A stretch of 64,000 nt of DNA from Candidatus Latescibacterota bacterium (GTDB taxonomy: Bacteria; Latescibacterota; UBA2968). The stretch lies in the NCBI GenBank assembly GCA_965207885.1, contig OZ242311.1, positions 4,608,001 to 4,672,000 of the forward strand. The letters run 5' to 3'. Below, in pieces: positions 1 to 9,262 of this stretch. The stretch's first letter is position 1. Each line of letters begins with the position of its first letter. The notes under the pieces are model-generated. The model had not been told where the DNA came from, made no database searches, and worked only from the letters and a program-made list of their open reading frames with translations. A program made the translations under genes and the position numbers.

Positions 1-398
1 TTGTCGGCGTAATTGCCGGGGTTCACGCGCACTTTTTCCACGATTCGGGCCGCGATTTCAGCGGCGTTGGGCGTGTAGTGAATATCGGCTATCAGTGGGG
101 TGGTATAGCCCGCAGATCTGATTTTTTTTCGGATGTTTTCGAGGTTGCGGGCTTCGTTCTGGCTGGGCGCTGTTATGCGCACGTATTCACATCCGGCGCA
201 GATCATGCGGATGGACTGGGCGACCGTGCCATCGGTGTCCATGGTATCGGTTGTGGTCATTGACTGCACGCGAATGGGATTGTCGCCGCCGAGTGGTACA
301 CCCCCGATATCGATTTCGCGGGTTTTGAAGCGGGCGTATTCCGTGAGCGAATTGCAGTATTTGCCCGGAGAGATGAGCAGGCCGCTGGTTATGGACAT
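1..398 (-). CDS. ispG: 4-hydroxy-3-methylbut-2-en-1-yl diphosphate synthase (N-terminal part; runs off window start)
   Basis: Manual translation MSITSG...PIRVQSMTTTDTMDT...PLIADIHYTPNAAEIAARIVEKVRVNPGNYAD carries IspG motifs; absent from the ORF track because it is truncated. Confidence 0.95.
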   Translation of the reverse strand, partial: MSITSGLLISPGKYCNSLTEYARFKTREIDIGGVPLGGDNPIRVQSMTTTDTMDTDGTVAQSIRMICAGCEYVRITAPSQNEARNLENIRKKIRSAGYTTPLIADIHYTPNAAEIAARIVEKVRVNPGNYAD

Positions 399-416
399 TG
401 GTCGTCTCTGTGGTTG

Positions 417-1052
417 TTAGTAGGGACGGGTTTTAAACCCGTTCCTACTTGGATTCCTCAAGCATTTCGTCGATTTTTTTCGCGCTTCACCGGCTTCTTT
501 GTTCAGCTTTTCAATTAGAGGAGGCGTTTTTTCGATCTGAATGCCCAGTTTTTCGAGCAGGGTTTTTACGTCGGGAAACATGGCCTGTACACCGTCGGCA
601 ATCATCCGGGCGGATTTTTGAAGCGGTGCGCCTAAGGTGGAATTGTCGATGAATTCGGGCACGCGGCTGTGAATGGGATGGGCACGAAAAAATATGGTGA
701 TCAGACCTAAAATCAATGCGCCTTGAACCAGCCCCAGAGCAATGCCGCCAAATGCGTCAATCGCGCCGAGGGGAGAGGTCCGCAGCATTCCGTGAAGGGC
801 GCGCCCGAGAAAATAGCAGGCGGCCAGGACAGCCACAAATACGACGAGGAATCCGAATAGCGCGGCGCCGCTGCCGAGGTCTTCTGTTGTATCGAACAAA
901 GCGCGCGCTGTTGTTTCGCCATAAGTGAGGGCAAAACCATAGGCCAATATCACGCTGAACAGCATGATGAGGCTTTGTACCAGCCCAATTTGCCATCCTT
1001 TTCGAGCGAACCAGAAGAGGCCGAGGGCAAAAATGAGATCGACGATGTTCAT
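417..1052 (-). CDS. cvpA: CvpA (colicin V production) family membrane protein; possible 1-nt frameshift near the 3' end
   Basis: MNIVDLIF...GWQIGLVQSL...LGAIDAFGGIALGLVQG, about 4 TM segments. Confidence 0.8.
   Translation of the reverse strand: MNIVDLIFALGLFWFARKGWQIGLVQSLIMLFSVILAYGFALTYGETTARALFDTTEDLGSGAALFGFLVVFVAVLAACYFLGRALHGMLRTSPLGAIDAFGGIALGLVQGALILGLITIFFRAHPIHSRVPEFIDNSTLGAPLQKSARMIADGVQAMFPDVKTLLEKLGIQIEKTPPLIEKLNKEAGEARKKSTKCLRNPSRNGFKTRPY
420..448. repeat. GTAG-type REP palindrome
   Basis: GTAGGGACGGG-TTTTAAA-CCCGTTCCTAC, an imperfect palindrome with GTAG/CTAC ends typical of RAYT-associated REPs. Confidence 0.75.
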
Positions 1053-1069
1053 GTGAGGGGGAATGGATA

Positions 1070-1107
1070 AAAAAAAAGCGATAGCCACCCTGAGTGATTA
1101 TCGCTTA
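1070..1107 (-). terminator. Intrinsic terminator after rpsU
   Basis: Minus strand AAGCGATAATCAC...GTGGCTATCGCTT hairpin followed by a long T run. Confidence 0.7.
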
Positions 1108-1128
1108 ATTCGAATAATTGCGAAAGAC

Positions 1129-1326
1129 TTAGCGGGTGTATTGCTGGTCCATTTTGATCCGCTTGCGTCTTGCTGCGGCAATTTTGCGTTTCCGACGTTC
1201 ACTCGGTTTTTCAAAGTGCTGATTTTTCTTCATGTCGGAAATAACACCGGCTTTTTCGCAGGCCTTTTTGAACCGCTTGAGTGCTCTTTCGAACGGTTCG
1301 TCGTCGCGTACGAGGACACCAGGCAT
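1129..1326 (-). CDS. rpsU: 30S ribosomal protein S21
   Basis: FERALKRFKKACEKAGV...HFEKPSERRKRK. Confidence 0.97.
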   Translation of the reverse strand: MPGVLVRDDEPFERALKRFKKACEKAGVISDMKKNQHFEKPSERRKRKIAAARRKRIKMDQQYTR

Positions 1327-1602
1327 GCCGGGAATCACCCCTTTCTTTGGAGAATGTGATGAATAACTAAGACGAATTTCAATATAACATATAAAATGTC
1401 CCGCACTTTTGCAACTCGTTTTTCCCCCTTCGTCCCTCTTTGGCTATACGCCTTGAATTTGTTCAATAAAAAAACGTCTTTGTTCATTTGAAGGCGTCTT
1501 TTATTTTTAATGCGGGATTGTTGGACTTTGGGTTTGAATGGGAACTCAAAAAAGTGTCGGGCGTTTTGGATGGGGGAAAAGGATTACCAAACGGAGGGGC
1601 GA

Positions 1603-2910
1603 ATGCAGTCCACAAATGAAAATAAGATCGACGACAAGCTCAAGGATTTACAATTGCGCCTGTCCAGCCAGAGTTTTTTAACGGCTTATTTTTTTCTTTT
1701 GGCGGTCCTTATTGTCATCGTATTCCTCATTTATACCCAGCTTTACGTGGTACAACCCATGCGGCAAGAAGCCAGACGTATGGGAGAGTTATACGCGTTT
1801 ATGCACGGTGTGGCTACGTTGGACACTATTGAGGTCAAGGGCTTTTATAAGGATGTCATTTTTCACACTGTCCAGAATCCCAATTTTCCGGTTGTAATCA
1901 CAGACGAACAGGGTATTCCACGATACTGGAAGGCGATTGACATTCCTCCCTTTGGTGACCGTACCCCCGAAACCCTGGGCAAAGTGATGGACAAGGCTTA
2001 CGCGCTCGATCGGGAAAATGACCCATTGCGGTTTGAATATCCCGGCTCAGAATGGGATCCAGATAATAAACCCGTCAAGAAGGAACCGGAAATCTGGAGA
2101 TTGCACTGGGGGGCGTCCGCGCTGGAGAAGCGTTTGAACTGGTTGCCCTGGGTTGCTTTTGGGGTGACGATCGTATTTACTGGGGGTGGATATCTCGGAT
2201 TTCGTTATATTAAGAATAGAGAACAGCGATCTCTTTGGGTGGGGATGGCTCGGGAAACAGCCCATCAGTTGGGAACGCCGCTGTCTTCGCTGTACGGTTG
2301 GTTGGCGTTGTTGAAGGACGAGTTGGATGCAGAGGGTGATAAAGAGAGCAGTCAGAGGCTGAAAGATATTCTGGGGGAAATGGATCGGGATACGAGTCGA
2401 TTAGACAAGATTGCTTCTCGTTTTAGTCTGATTGGTTCCACGCCCGAATTGCGATTGGATCTGGTGCGCGATGTGGTGGCTGAAACAGCGGGTTATTTGC
2501 GCGCGCGCTTGCCGGAGAATGTGCAAATTGTGGAGGAACTGGACGATGTGCCGGTTGTTCCAATCAATCGGGAACTTCTGGGGTGGGCGTTTGAAAATCT
2601 TTTCAGAAATGCCGCCGATGCAATGGAAGGCCGAGGGGGCCGCATTGATGTGTCGTCGCGCGTGGAGGAACACCGGGTGGTTATTGAAGTGCGCGATACG
2701 GGAAAGGGCATGCCTTCGCATATGTTTAAGCAGGTTTTTTTGCCGGGTACCAGTACCAAGAAACGCGGGTGGGGACTCGGTCTGGCATTTGTGAAACGCA
2801 TTGTGGAAGACTATCACAGTGGAAAGGTGTATATCAAAGAAAGTGTACCAGGTCAGGGTACGACATTTGTCATTTTGCTGCCTTTGTCTCCGGCAGATAT
2901 AGATGACTAA
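1603..2910 (+). CDS. Membrane sensor histidine kinase (Bacteroidota-type)
   Basis: Two TM segments; H-box WVGMARETAHQLGTPLSSL; N-box ENLFRNAADA; DTGKG; STKKRGWGLGL; GGAGG before ATG 1603. Confidence 0.93.
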   Translation: MQSTNENKIDDKLKDLQLRLSSQSFLTAYFFLLAVLIVIVFLIYTQLYVVQPMRQEARRMGELYAFMHGVATLDTIEVKGFYKDVIFHTVQNPNFPVVITDEQGIPRYWKAIDIPPFGDRTPETLGKVMDKAYALDRENDPLRFEYPGSEWDPDNKPVKKEPEIWRLHWGASALEKRLNWLPWVAFGVTIVFTGGGYLGFRYIKNREQRSLWVGMARETAHQLGTPLSSLYGWLALLKDELDAEGDKESSQRLKDILGEMDRDTSRLDKIASRFSLIGSTPELRLDLVRDVVAETAGYLRARLPENVQIVEELDDVPVVPINRELLGWAFENLFRNAADAMEGRGGRIDVSSRVEEHRVVIEVRDTGKGMPSHMFKQVFLPGTSTKKRGWGLGLAFVKRIVEDYHSGKVYIKESVPGQGTTFVILLPLSPADIDD

Positions 2911-2945
2911 TAATCCTTTATCAATCATTAAAAGCAGAGGTACAT

Positions 2946-4514
2946 GTGAATCAAACGCAAGAAGCTAAGCAGATTTTGTGGGCAGATGACGAGATCGATT
3001 TGTTGCGACCCCATCAAATTTTTCTCAAGGATCGGGGATATGATATAACCCCTGTGACCAATGGCGACGATGCTATTGCCATGGTTCAGAAACGCGGATT
3101 TGATGCGGTATTGCTCGATGAAATGATGGCTGGACGAGATGGGTTGTCAACTCTGGCGGCGATTAAGGATATCAATCCGCATATTCCGGTTATTATGATT
3201 ACGAAAAACGAAGAAGAACGGTTGATGGAACAGGCCATTGGACAGCGGATTGACGACTATTTGACCAAGCCCGTGAATCCGAGTCAGATTTTGCTGGCGT
3301 GCAAAAAGTTGCTCGATGCACGTCAAATTCAAAAAGACCGCATGGGGCTGGACTATGCGGCTGCATCCAACAGGTTGCGCGAGGCCCTCGTCCTGGCCGA
3401 TTCATGGCGAGATTGGATCGATCTTCACGTGCGGCTGTCTGAGTGGGATTTGGAATTGGATCGCTTTTACGATCCGGGCTTGCGCACTATGCACGACGAT
3501 TTGCGCCGCGCCTGCAATTTGGCGTTTGGCAAGTTTATCGAGGATAATTACAGCCAGTGGGTGCAAGACGAAGAAGATTCGCCCACGCTTTCTGTGGATA
3601 TTGTATCCGAATTTGTCGCGCCCTGTGTGCAAGATGGACAACAGGTGTTTTTTGTGGTGGTCGATTGTATGCGATTGGATCACTGGCTTGCCATTTTGCC
3701 ATTGTTGTCCGATATTTTTGATATTGAGCAACACTACCACTACTCTATTTTGCCGACTGCGACGCCGTATTCCCGCAATGCCATTTTCAGCGGCCTTTTT
3801 CCCATTGATCTCGCGGGAATGTATCCCGATGAGTGGCAAGTCGCGCGTGACGACGACATGAGTCGCAACCGACACGAGCACCAATTGCTCGATCAACAGC
3901 TCGCAGAAATTGATCCAGAATTGGATTTGGATACGCGCTACGTCAAAATACTGGATATTGCAGAGGGTAACCGGCTGGCGAAGAAGGTGCATTCTTACCG
4001 GTCTTTCCCGATTATGGCAGTTGTGGTCAATTTTCTGGATATGCTCACGCACGGTCGTTCCGAATCCGAATTGTTACAGGAAATGGCGCCCAATGAGCCT
4101 GCTTATCGGTCTTTGACGCGGTCGTGGTTCTCACATTCGTCTCTTTTCGAGATGTTGCGCAAGCTGTCCGAGACCGACTCGACGGTGGTGCTGACGACAG
4201 ATCACGGCTGTATGCTGAGTTCGCGGGCTTCTCTGGCTTATGGCAATCGGGATACTTCGACGGGGATTCGCTTCAAATACGGCAAAAATTTGCGATGCGA
4301 TAACCGCCACGCGATGCATATTCGAGATCCCGAGGCTTTTGGTTTGCCGAGTTTGGGACAGGGGACTCATTACATTATTTGCAGGGAAGATTACTTTTTT
4401 GTGTATCCCACCAATTTCAACGAGTACCAGGCCAAATACGCCAATAGTTTTCAACACGGGGGAATCTCCCTTGAAGAGTGTATTTTGCCGGTTGCTATTA
4501 TGCGCGGGAAATGA
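2946..4514 (+). CDS. porX: PorX-type response regulator (receiver domain + PglZ/alkaline-phosphatase-like domain)
   Basis: ILWADDEIDLLRPH, LLDEMM, SILPTATPYSRNAIFSGL, TTDHG, FQHGGISLEE; followed by tsaE as in Bacteroidota. Confidence 0.9.
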   Translation: MNQTQEAKQILWADDEIDLLRPHQIFLKDRGYDITPVTNGDDAIAMVQKRGFDAVLLDEMMAGRDGLSTLAAIKDINPHIPVIMITKNEEERLMEQAIGQRIDDYLTKPVNPSQILLACKKLLDARQIQKDRMGLDYAAASNRLREALVLADSWRDWIDLHVRLSEWDLELDRFYDPGLRTMHDDLRRACNLAFGKFIEDNYSQWVQDEEDSPTLSVDIVSEFVAPCVQDGQQVFFVVVDCMRLDHWLAILPLLSDIFDIEQHYHYSILPTATPYSRNAIFSGLFPIDLAGMYPDEWQVARDDDMSRNRHEHQLLDQQLAEIDPELDLDTRYVKILDIAEGNRLAKKVHSYRSFPIMAVVVNFLDMLTHGRSESELLQEMAPNEPAYRSLTRSWFSHSSLFEMLRKLSETDSTVVLTTDHGCMLSSRASLAYGNRDTSTGIRFKYGKNLRCDNRHAMHIRDPEAFGLPSLGQGTHYIICREDYFFVYPTNFNEYQAKYANSFQHGGISLEECILPVAIMRGK

Positions 4515-4523
4515 TTGGGTACT

Positions 4524-4967
4524 ATGTCAAATAGGACGATTACACGGGTATCTTCGTCGCCCGATCAAACACATGGGTTTGGACGCGATCTCGCGGCGCA
4601 GATCGAGCCGGGCGATTGCGTTGCCCTCACAGGAGATTTGGGCAGTGGCAAAACCTGTTTTGTACAGGGTGTTTGCGCGGGCTTGAATGTGACCGATTAT
4701 GTGACGAGTCCGACTTTTGTCATCGTCAATGAATACGAGGGGGTTTCGCCCGCTAGAAAGCCTATGCCGGTGTATCATTTTGATCTTTATCGATTGGGCA
4801 GTCCCGATGAACTCTATGAGATTGGGTGTGATGATTTATTTTACGGCGAGGGTGTGTGTTTGATTGAGTGGGCAGATTTGGGGGGCGATCTGATTCCCGA
4901 CCATGCCATTGATGTGCATTTTGTCCATGTAGGGGAGATGGTTCGGAACCTGACGATTGAATCGTAG
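4524..4967 (+). CDS. tsaE: tRNA threonylcarbamoyladenosine biosynthesis ATPase
   Basis: GDLGSGKT, VTSPTF, HFDLYRL, IEWAD. Confidence 0.96.
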   Translation: MSNRTITRVSSSPDQTHGFGRDLAAQIEPGDCVALTGDLGSGKTCFVQGVCAGLNVTDYVTSPTFVIVNEYEGVSPARKPMPVYHFDLYRLGSPDELYEIGCDDLFYGEGVCLIEWADLGGDLIPDHAIDVHFVHVGEMVRNLTIES

Positions 4968-4997
4968 CGTCATTCGGTCAGACCGGGAGGGAGTGAC

Positions 4998-5795
4998 GTG
5001 TTCCAAAGAGGATATAATCGCAGATCCATTTGGATGTGTTGGCTCTCATACGGTACGCTTGCCCTGTGTGTTTACATTATGGCATTTGTACCGGTTTGGG
5101 CACAGCAAGACTTACAGCCGCGGCAATTGGTTGAAGCCCCCACGGCGGGTTTGTTGCCCAGTCGCGGTCTGGGGTTGGATCTGCGGTTTTATGGAGGCGA
5201 TGGGATTTTGGGGGGTGTATCGGTCGGTTTGTTCAGCCGGGGTATGGTTGGGGTGTCTTTTGGCGGGAGCGATCTTTTGGGAAACGAGGCGGTGAATTTA
5301 AACCCGCGGATCGAGTTTTCAGGTCGCGTGCGGGTGCTTGAAGAGGGATATACAATTCCGGCTCTGGCAGTGGGTTATACATCGCAGGGATACGGGATGT
5401 TCGATGATGAGTTGATGCGCTATACCCGCAAGTCCAAGGGTGTTTATGTCGTTGCCAGCAAAAATTTCAAGTTGCCTTTGGGGCATACGGGTCTTCACGT
5501 TGGGGCGAACCGAAGTTTTGAAGATGGCGATGGCGATAGTGATTTTACGGGTTATGTCGGAGTAGATACAGGGTTTGGAAAATATGTGGTGGTGCTGGCG
5601 GAATACGATTTTGGATTGAACGATAATTCGGACAATAGCCTGGGTTCTGGAAAGGGATTTTTCAACGCCGGTATCAGATGGACGCTGTCTGAGGCATTTG
5701 CTCTGGAATTTGATTTGAAGAATATTTTCCGCAATGGCATGCAAAATCCACATCCCGATCGGGAGCTTCGCATTGCGTATTTTGGAAAATTTTGA
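4998..5795 (+). CDS. Putative outer-membrane beta-barrel protein (YjbH-like)
   Basis: Signal peptide, LVEAPTAGLL, amphipathic beta-strands, C-terminal Phe. Confidence 0.6.
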   Translation: MFQRGYNRRSIWMCWLSYGTLALCVYIMAFVPVWAQQDLQPRQLVEAPTAGLLPSRGLGLDLRFYGGDGILGGVSVGLFSRGMVGVSFGGSDLLGNEAVNLNPRIEFSGRVRVLEEGYTIPALAVGYTSQGYGMFDDELMRYTRKSKGVYVVASKNFKLPLGHTGLHVGANRSFEDGDGDSDFTGYVGVDTGFGKYVVVLAEYDFGLNDNSDNSLGSGKGFFNAGIRWTLSEAFALEFDLKNIFRNGMQNPHPDRELRIAYFGKF

Positions 5796-5812
5796 TTTTT
5801 TTGAGGGTGGGC

Positions 5813-6817
5813 ATGAAACGCGTGGTCGTTGTCTTAAGCGTCTTTTTATTTTTGCTTCCGCTTCAAGCTGAGGAAGAAATGTCTCGTCGCCCGGTTGCAA
5901 CTTATTCTATTGTCGCCCGCGATTCGACCACGGGACAACTCGGTGTGGCCGTGCAATCGCATTTTTTCTCTGTTGGTCCCATTGTGCCCTGGGCTGAACC
6001 CGGCGTGGGAGCTGTTGCCACGCAATCTCTGGTCGATCCCGCTTATGGACCGCTCGGTCTGGATCTGATGCGGATGGGGCGGACTGCTCCCGAAGCGCTC
6101 AAAGCGCTCGTTTCAGCGGATAAGGATGCCGAAGTACGCCAGGTTGCAATGGTTGACGCCCATGGCAATGTTGCCGCTCATACGGGCAAGCGCGCCATTT
6201 ATGCCGCCGGGCATCAAACCGGTACGCAATATTCCGTGCAGGCCAATCTGATGGAAAAACCCACGGTTTGGGCTGCGATGAGCAAAGCCTATGAATCTTC
6301 CACGGGTGACCTTGCCGAGCGCATGCTCGCAGCCCTTGAAGCAGCAGAAGCCGAAGGCGGCGATATTCGCGGCAGGCAATCGGCTGCTATTCTCATTGTA
6401 GGTCCCAAAAATACAAATAGGCCATGGACATGGGGAGATCGATTGTTTGAGCTCCGCGTTGAAGATCATCCCAATCCCGTTGTTGAGTTGCGCCGGCTCG
6501 TTACCTTGCAACGCGCCTATCTCAAGCTCAATGAGGGCGATGAATGGCTTGGTAAGGGCGATATTGAAAAGGCACTTGTCGCCTATCGCACGGCCACTGA
6601 GATCGTGCCCGATAAAGCCACCAATGGCGAGGCCACCTTTTGGGTTGGCGTTACCCTCGCCGAGAAGGGCAAGCCCGATCAGGCGATCTCCTTTCTCGCC
6701 CGGGCATACAAACAGAACAAACGCTGGGCTGAGATTCTTTCCCGACTTCCCGCTTCCGAACTCCTTCCCGACGACCCCGATCTCATCAATCGTCTGGTGC
6801 AGGGTATGAAAGAGTAG
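5813..6817 (+). CDS. DUF1028 Ntn-hydrolase family protein with C-terminal TPR
   Basis: Signal peptide then TYSIVARD...GVAVQS...GGDIRGRQSAAI...LRVEDHPNP; TPR-like tail. Confidence 0.9.
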   Translation: MKRVVVVLSVFLFLLPLQAEEEMSRRPVATYSIVARDSTTGQLGVAVQSHFFSVGPIVPWAEPGVGAVATQSLVDPAYGPLGLDLMRMGRTAPEALKALVSADKDAEVRQVAMVDAHGNVAAHTGKRAIYAAGHQTGTQYSVQANLMEKPTVWAAMSKAYESSTGDLAERMLAALEAAEAEGGDIRGRQSAAILIVGPKNTNRPWTWGDRLFELRVEDHPNPVVELRRLVTLQRAYLKLNEGDEWLGKGDIEKALVAYRTATEIVPDKATNGEATFWVGVTLAEKGKPDQAISFLARAYKQNKRWAEILSRLPASELLPDDPDLINRLVQGMKE

Positions 6818-6819
6818 AA

Positions 6820-6920
6820 GAATCTACGAATCAGCGAATCAGCGAATCCCGCCCCGCCCCCCAAAATCAGTATGTACTGCCATTCGTCTATTCGTCTATT
6901 CGTCTATTCGTCTATTCGTC
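6820..6920. repeat. Intergenic element with inverted 8-bp-periodic arms (copy 1)
   Basis: 4x GAATC at 8-nt period (6820-6848), core CCCGCCCCGCCCCCCAAAA..ATGTAC, then 5x ATTCGTC(T) (6882-6920). Confidence 0.85.
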
Positions 6921-7364
6921 CATCCACTCAAACATTTTGTAGTGGTTGCCATCCATTCCCATTGCGTTATAAGTTTTTTGCGCTCGTTCGTTTTCCCGTT
7001 CGACATAAAGCCGGAGTCCGCGCAGGTCGGCGGATTGTTCGACTCTGGTTTTTAAGTTTTCATACATCATCCGGAAAACGCCGCGTCGCCGTGCGCCGGG
7101 AATTACATAGACCGAATGAATCCACAATACGGTTCCGTTGCGCCAGTCACTCCATTCGGGGACGGTGAGCAAGCAGCCGACGACTTTACCGTCTAACTCG
7201 GCAATCCAATACGCCCCTTTGTGGGGATCGTCAAAAACGGCCTGTACGCCTTTTTCAACGGTTGGTTGATCCAGTGTAAGATCTTCCGCTTCTTTTGCCA
7301 TTCGGATCTGAAAATCTACGATATTGGACGCATCTTTTCGTCGCCCCCGACGAATCTCGATCAT
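6912..7364 (-). CDS. GNAT family N-acetyltransferase
   Basis: EWSDWRNG..WIHSVYVIPGARRRGVF..LRLYVERENERAQKTY. Confidence 0.92.
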   Translation of the reverse strand: MIEIRRGRRKDASNIVDFQIRMAKEAEDLTLDQPTVEKGVQAVFDDPHKGAYWIAELDGKVVGCLLTVPEWSDWRNGTVLWIHSVYVIPGARRRGVFRMMYENLKTRVEQSADLRGLRLYVERENERAQKTYNAMGMDGNHYKMFEWMDE

Positions 7365-8098
7365 AATCCCTTCTTCCATTTGCGATATAGCTCGAATGTT
7401 TCTTCATCTGGCGGATAGTATTTGCCCGGGGAGAGATTTTCCGTGTCCAGGCGCTTTCTGATCCATTCTTCGAGGTCGTCGTATTCTATCGCTTTTTGAG
7501 CCATTTCCGGCGCGACTTTGCGCGGGATGACCACTACGCCGTCGTCGTCGGCTACGATGTAGTCTCCCGGTCTGACGAGGACGCCATCGACCTGTACCCA
7601 GTCATTGGTCGAATAGGGCGTTCCAACGCGGGTGCCGAGGTTTGATGTTTTGCCATATCCCCACAACATGACGCCGTAGTCTTTGACGGTGTGCATGTCG
7701 CGGATGCCGCCATCGCAGATCAGCCCATCAACTCCTCGCTGTTTTAAGCGAAGAAATTTGATGTCTCCGCCAATGGACATCAATTTGGTGCGCATGGATT
7801 CCATGACGATGACATCGCCCGGACCGGCGAGTTCAAAGGCGGCGTATTCAGGGGATTCTTCGCCGTCTGGTTTTTCTTCGTCGGCATCGGGGCGCGAGGG
7901 CACAAAGCGCACGGTGATTGCTCTGGCGACCAGTCGTTCCCCGGGGTTCATGGTTTGCAGATTGGGCATGTAGGTGTATCGCGCGTCATACCCATTGCGA
8001 GCGAGCACATCGACTACAGCGGTTGTGTTCACGCGCTTGAGTGCTTCTCGCGTTGCTTTGTCCAATACGTGACCGGGGGTGGGTTGTACAATTGCCAT
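7361..8098 (-). CDS. RraA/HMG-CHA aldolase family protein
   Basis: GPGDVIV, GLICDGGIRD, VRPGDYIVADDDGVVVIP. Confidence 0.85.
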   Translation of the reverse strand: MAIVQPTPGHVLDKATREALKRVNTTAVVDVLARNGYDARYTYMPNLQTMNPGERLVARAITVRFVPSRPDADEEKPDGEESPEYAAFELAGPGDVIVMESMRTKLMSIGGDIKFLRLKQRGVDGLICDGGIRDMHTVKDYGVMLWGYGKTSNLGTRVGTPYSTNDWVQVDGVLVRPGDYIVADDDGVVVIPRKVAPEMAQKAIEYDDLEEWIRKRLDTENLSPGKYYPPDEETFELYRKWKKGL

Positions 8099-8112
8099 AT
8101 ATTCTCCTGTTT

Positions 8113-9093
8113 CTATTTGCTTTCGTTTTCGACTGCCTGGATCAATGCGATGATGTATCCAAATTGGAATGCCCACGCCTGGGTTACGCGGCTTGAGACG
8201 CCTTCGGGAGCTGTGTCGTCGGGATGGCGGGGGGCGTGGTCGGGCATGAGCATGTAGGGATAGCCGGCCTGGTGTAAGGCTTTTACGATTTCGTACATGT
8301 TGACGTCGCCTTCATCTGGCCAGGTTTCGCAAAAGTCGTGCAGGCCTCCGCGGATGTTTCTGAAGTGTATGTTGAAGATTTTTTTTCTTTCTGCGAAATA
8401 TTTGACGATGGGCGGGAGTTCTCCGGCCGGGTTTTCCAGTCCTTCAGCGGCTACGCCACAGCAGAAATTGAATCCGTGATAGGGGCTGTCAACCAGTTCG
8501 CTGAATCGCTTCAGGCCTTCAAATACGGGATAATTCCATTTTTCTACGCCGTTTAGCACAGGTGCTGGCGGGTCGTTGAGGTGGCACGCCATCTGTATTT
8601 TGTATTCTTCTGCTACGGGTATGATGCGTTCGAGAAAGTACGCGGCCCGTTCAAAAGCTTCTTCTCGGCTCACGCGACCGATGTCGGTGAGGGTGTCGTT
8701 GTCGTATTCGGAGAGGACAAAAGAGCTGTACGTTGTTCCGCCGCGACCCGGCCTGCGCCCGGTGCGCTGTACAAGGCCGCCGGAAGGTGCGCGCAAGACG
8801 CAGAAGTTGTAGTTTAGACCTCGCAGTCCGGCTTTATGCGCGTTTTCGATGTATTGACAGAACAGGTCGATGTCTTTGTCGCGTTGCGGGTCTTTTGCCA
8901 TGGGGATGCTGTCCATTGGGGGGACGTGAATCATTTCGAGTTCGACTCCGTAAGCGGCTGCTTCTTCTCTGTGCCGCGTGAGGGTGTCGGCATCCATGCC
9001 ATCGACTGTGGCGTCAAAATGGGTGACGCCATGGCGAGATAGAAATTCCATTTCTATTTTTGATGTGCCTAAGTACTGTGTGCCTACGTACAT
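8113..9093 (-). CDS. uxuA: Mannonate dehydratase family protein (UxuA-like)
   Basis: IIPVAEEYKIQMACHLNDPP, FNIHFRNIRG, MPDH. Confidence 0.75.
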   Translation of the reverse strand: MYVGTQYLGTSKIEMEFLSRHGVTHFDATVDGMDADTLTRHREEAAAYGVELEMIHVPPMDSIPMAKDPQRDKDIDLFCQYIENAHKAGLRGLNYNFCVLRAPSGGLVQRTGRRPGRGGTTYSSFVLSEYDNDTLTDIGRVSREEAFERAAYFLERIIPVAEEYKIQMACHLNDPPAPVLNGVEKWNYPVFEGLKRFSELVDSPYHGFNFCCGVAAEGLENPAGELPPIVKYFAERKKIFNIHFRNIRGGLHDFCETWPDEGDVNMYEIVKALHQAGYPYMLMPDHAPRHPDDTAPEGVSSRVTQAWAFQFGYIIALIQAVENESK

Positions 9094-9135
9094 GATATTT
9101 CTCCTTTTCAAAATGCAACCACCGATGAACGCAGT

Positions 9136-9262
9136 GACGAATCAACGAATCAACGAATCAATGAAACAGGTAATGTACATGAAAGCCGTCATTGCGGCAT
9201 GGTTTTAGCCGCAATCCAGAGGTTTTGGGTGGTTGGGCGGGGTTCGTCTATTCGTCTATTCG
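9136..9262. repeat. Intergenic element with inverted 8-bp-periodic arms (copy 2, opposite orientation) carrying an embedded REP-like hairpin
   Basis: 3x ACGAATCA; ATGTAC; GTCATTGCGGC-N-GCCGCAATCCAG (9188-9219); TTTTGGGTGGTTGGGCGGGG; TTCGTCTA repeats. Confidence 0.85.
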
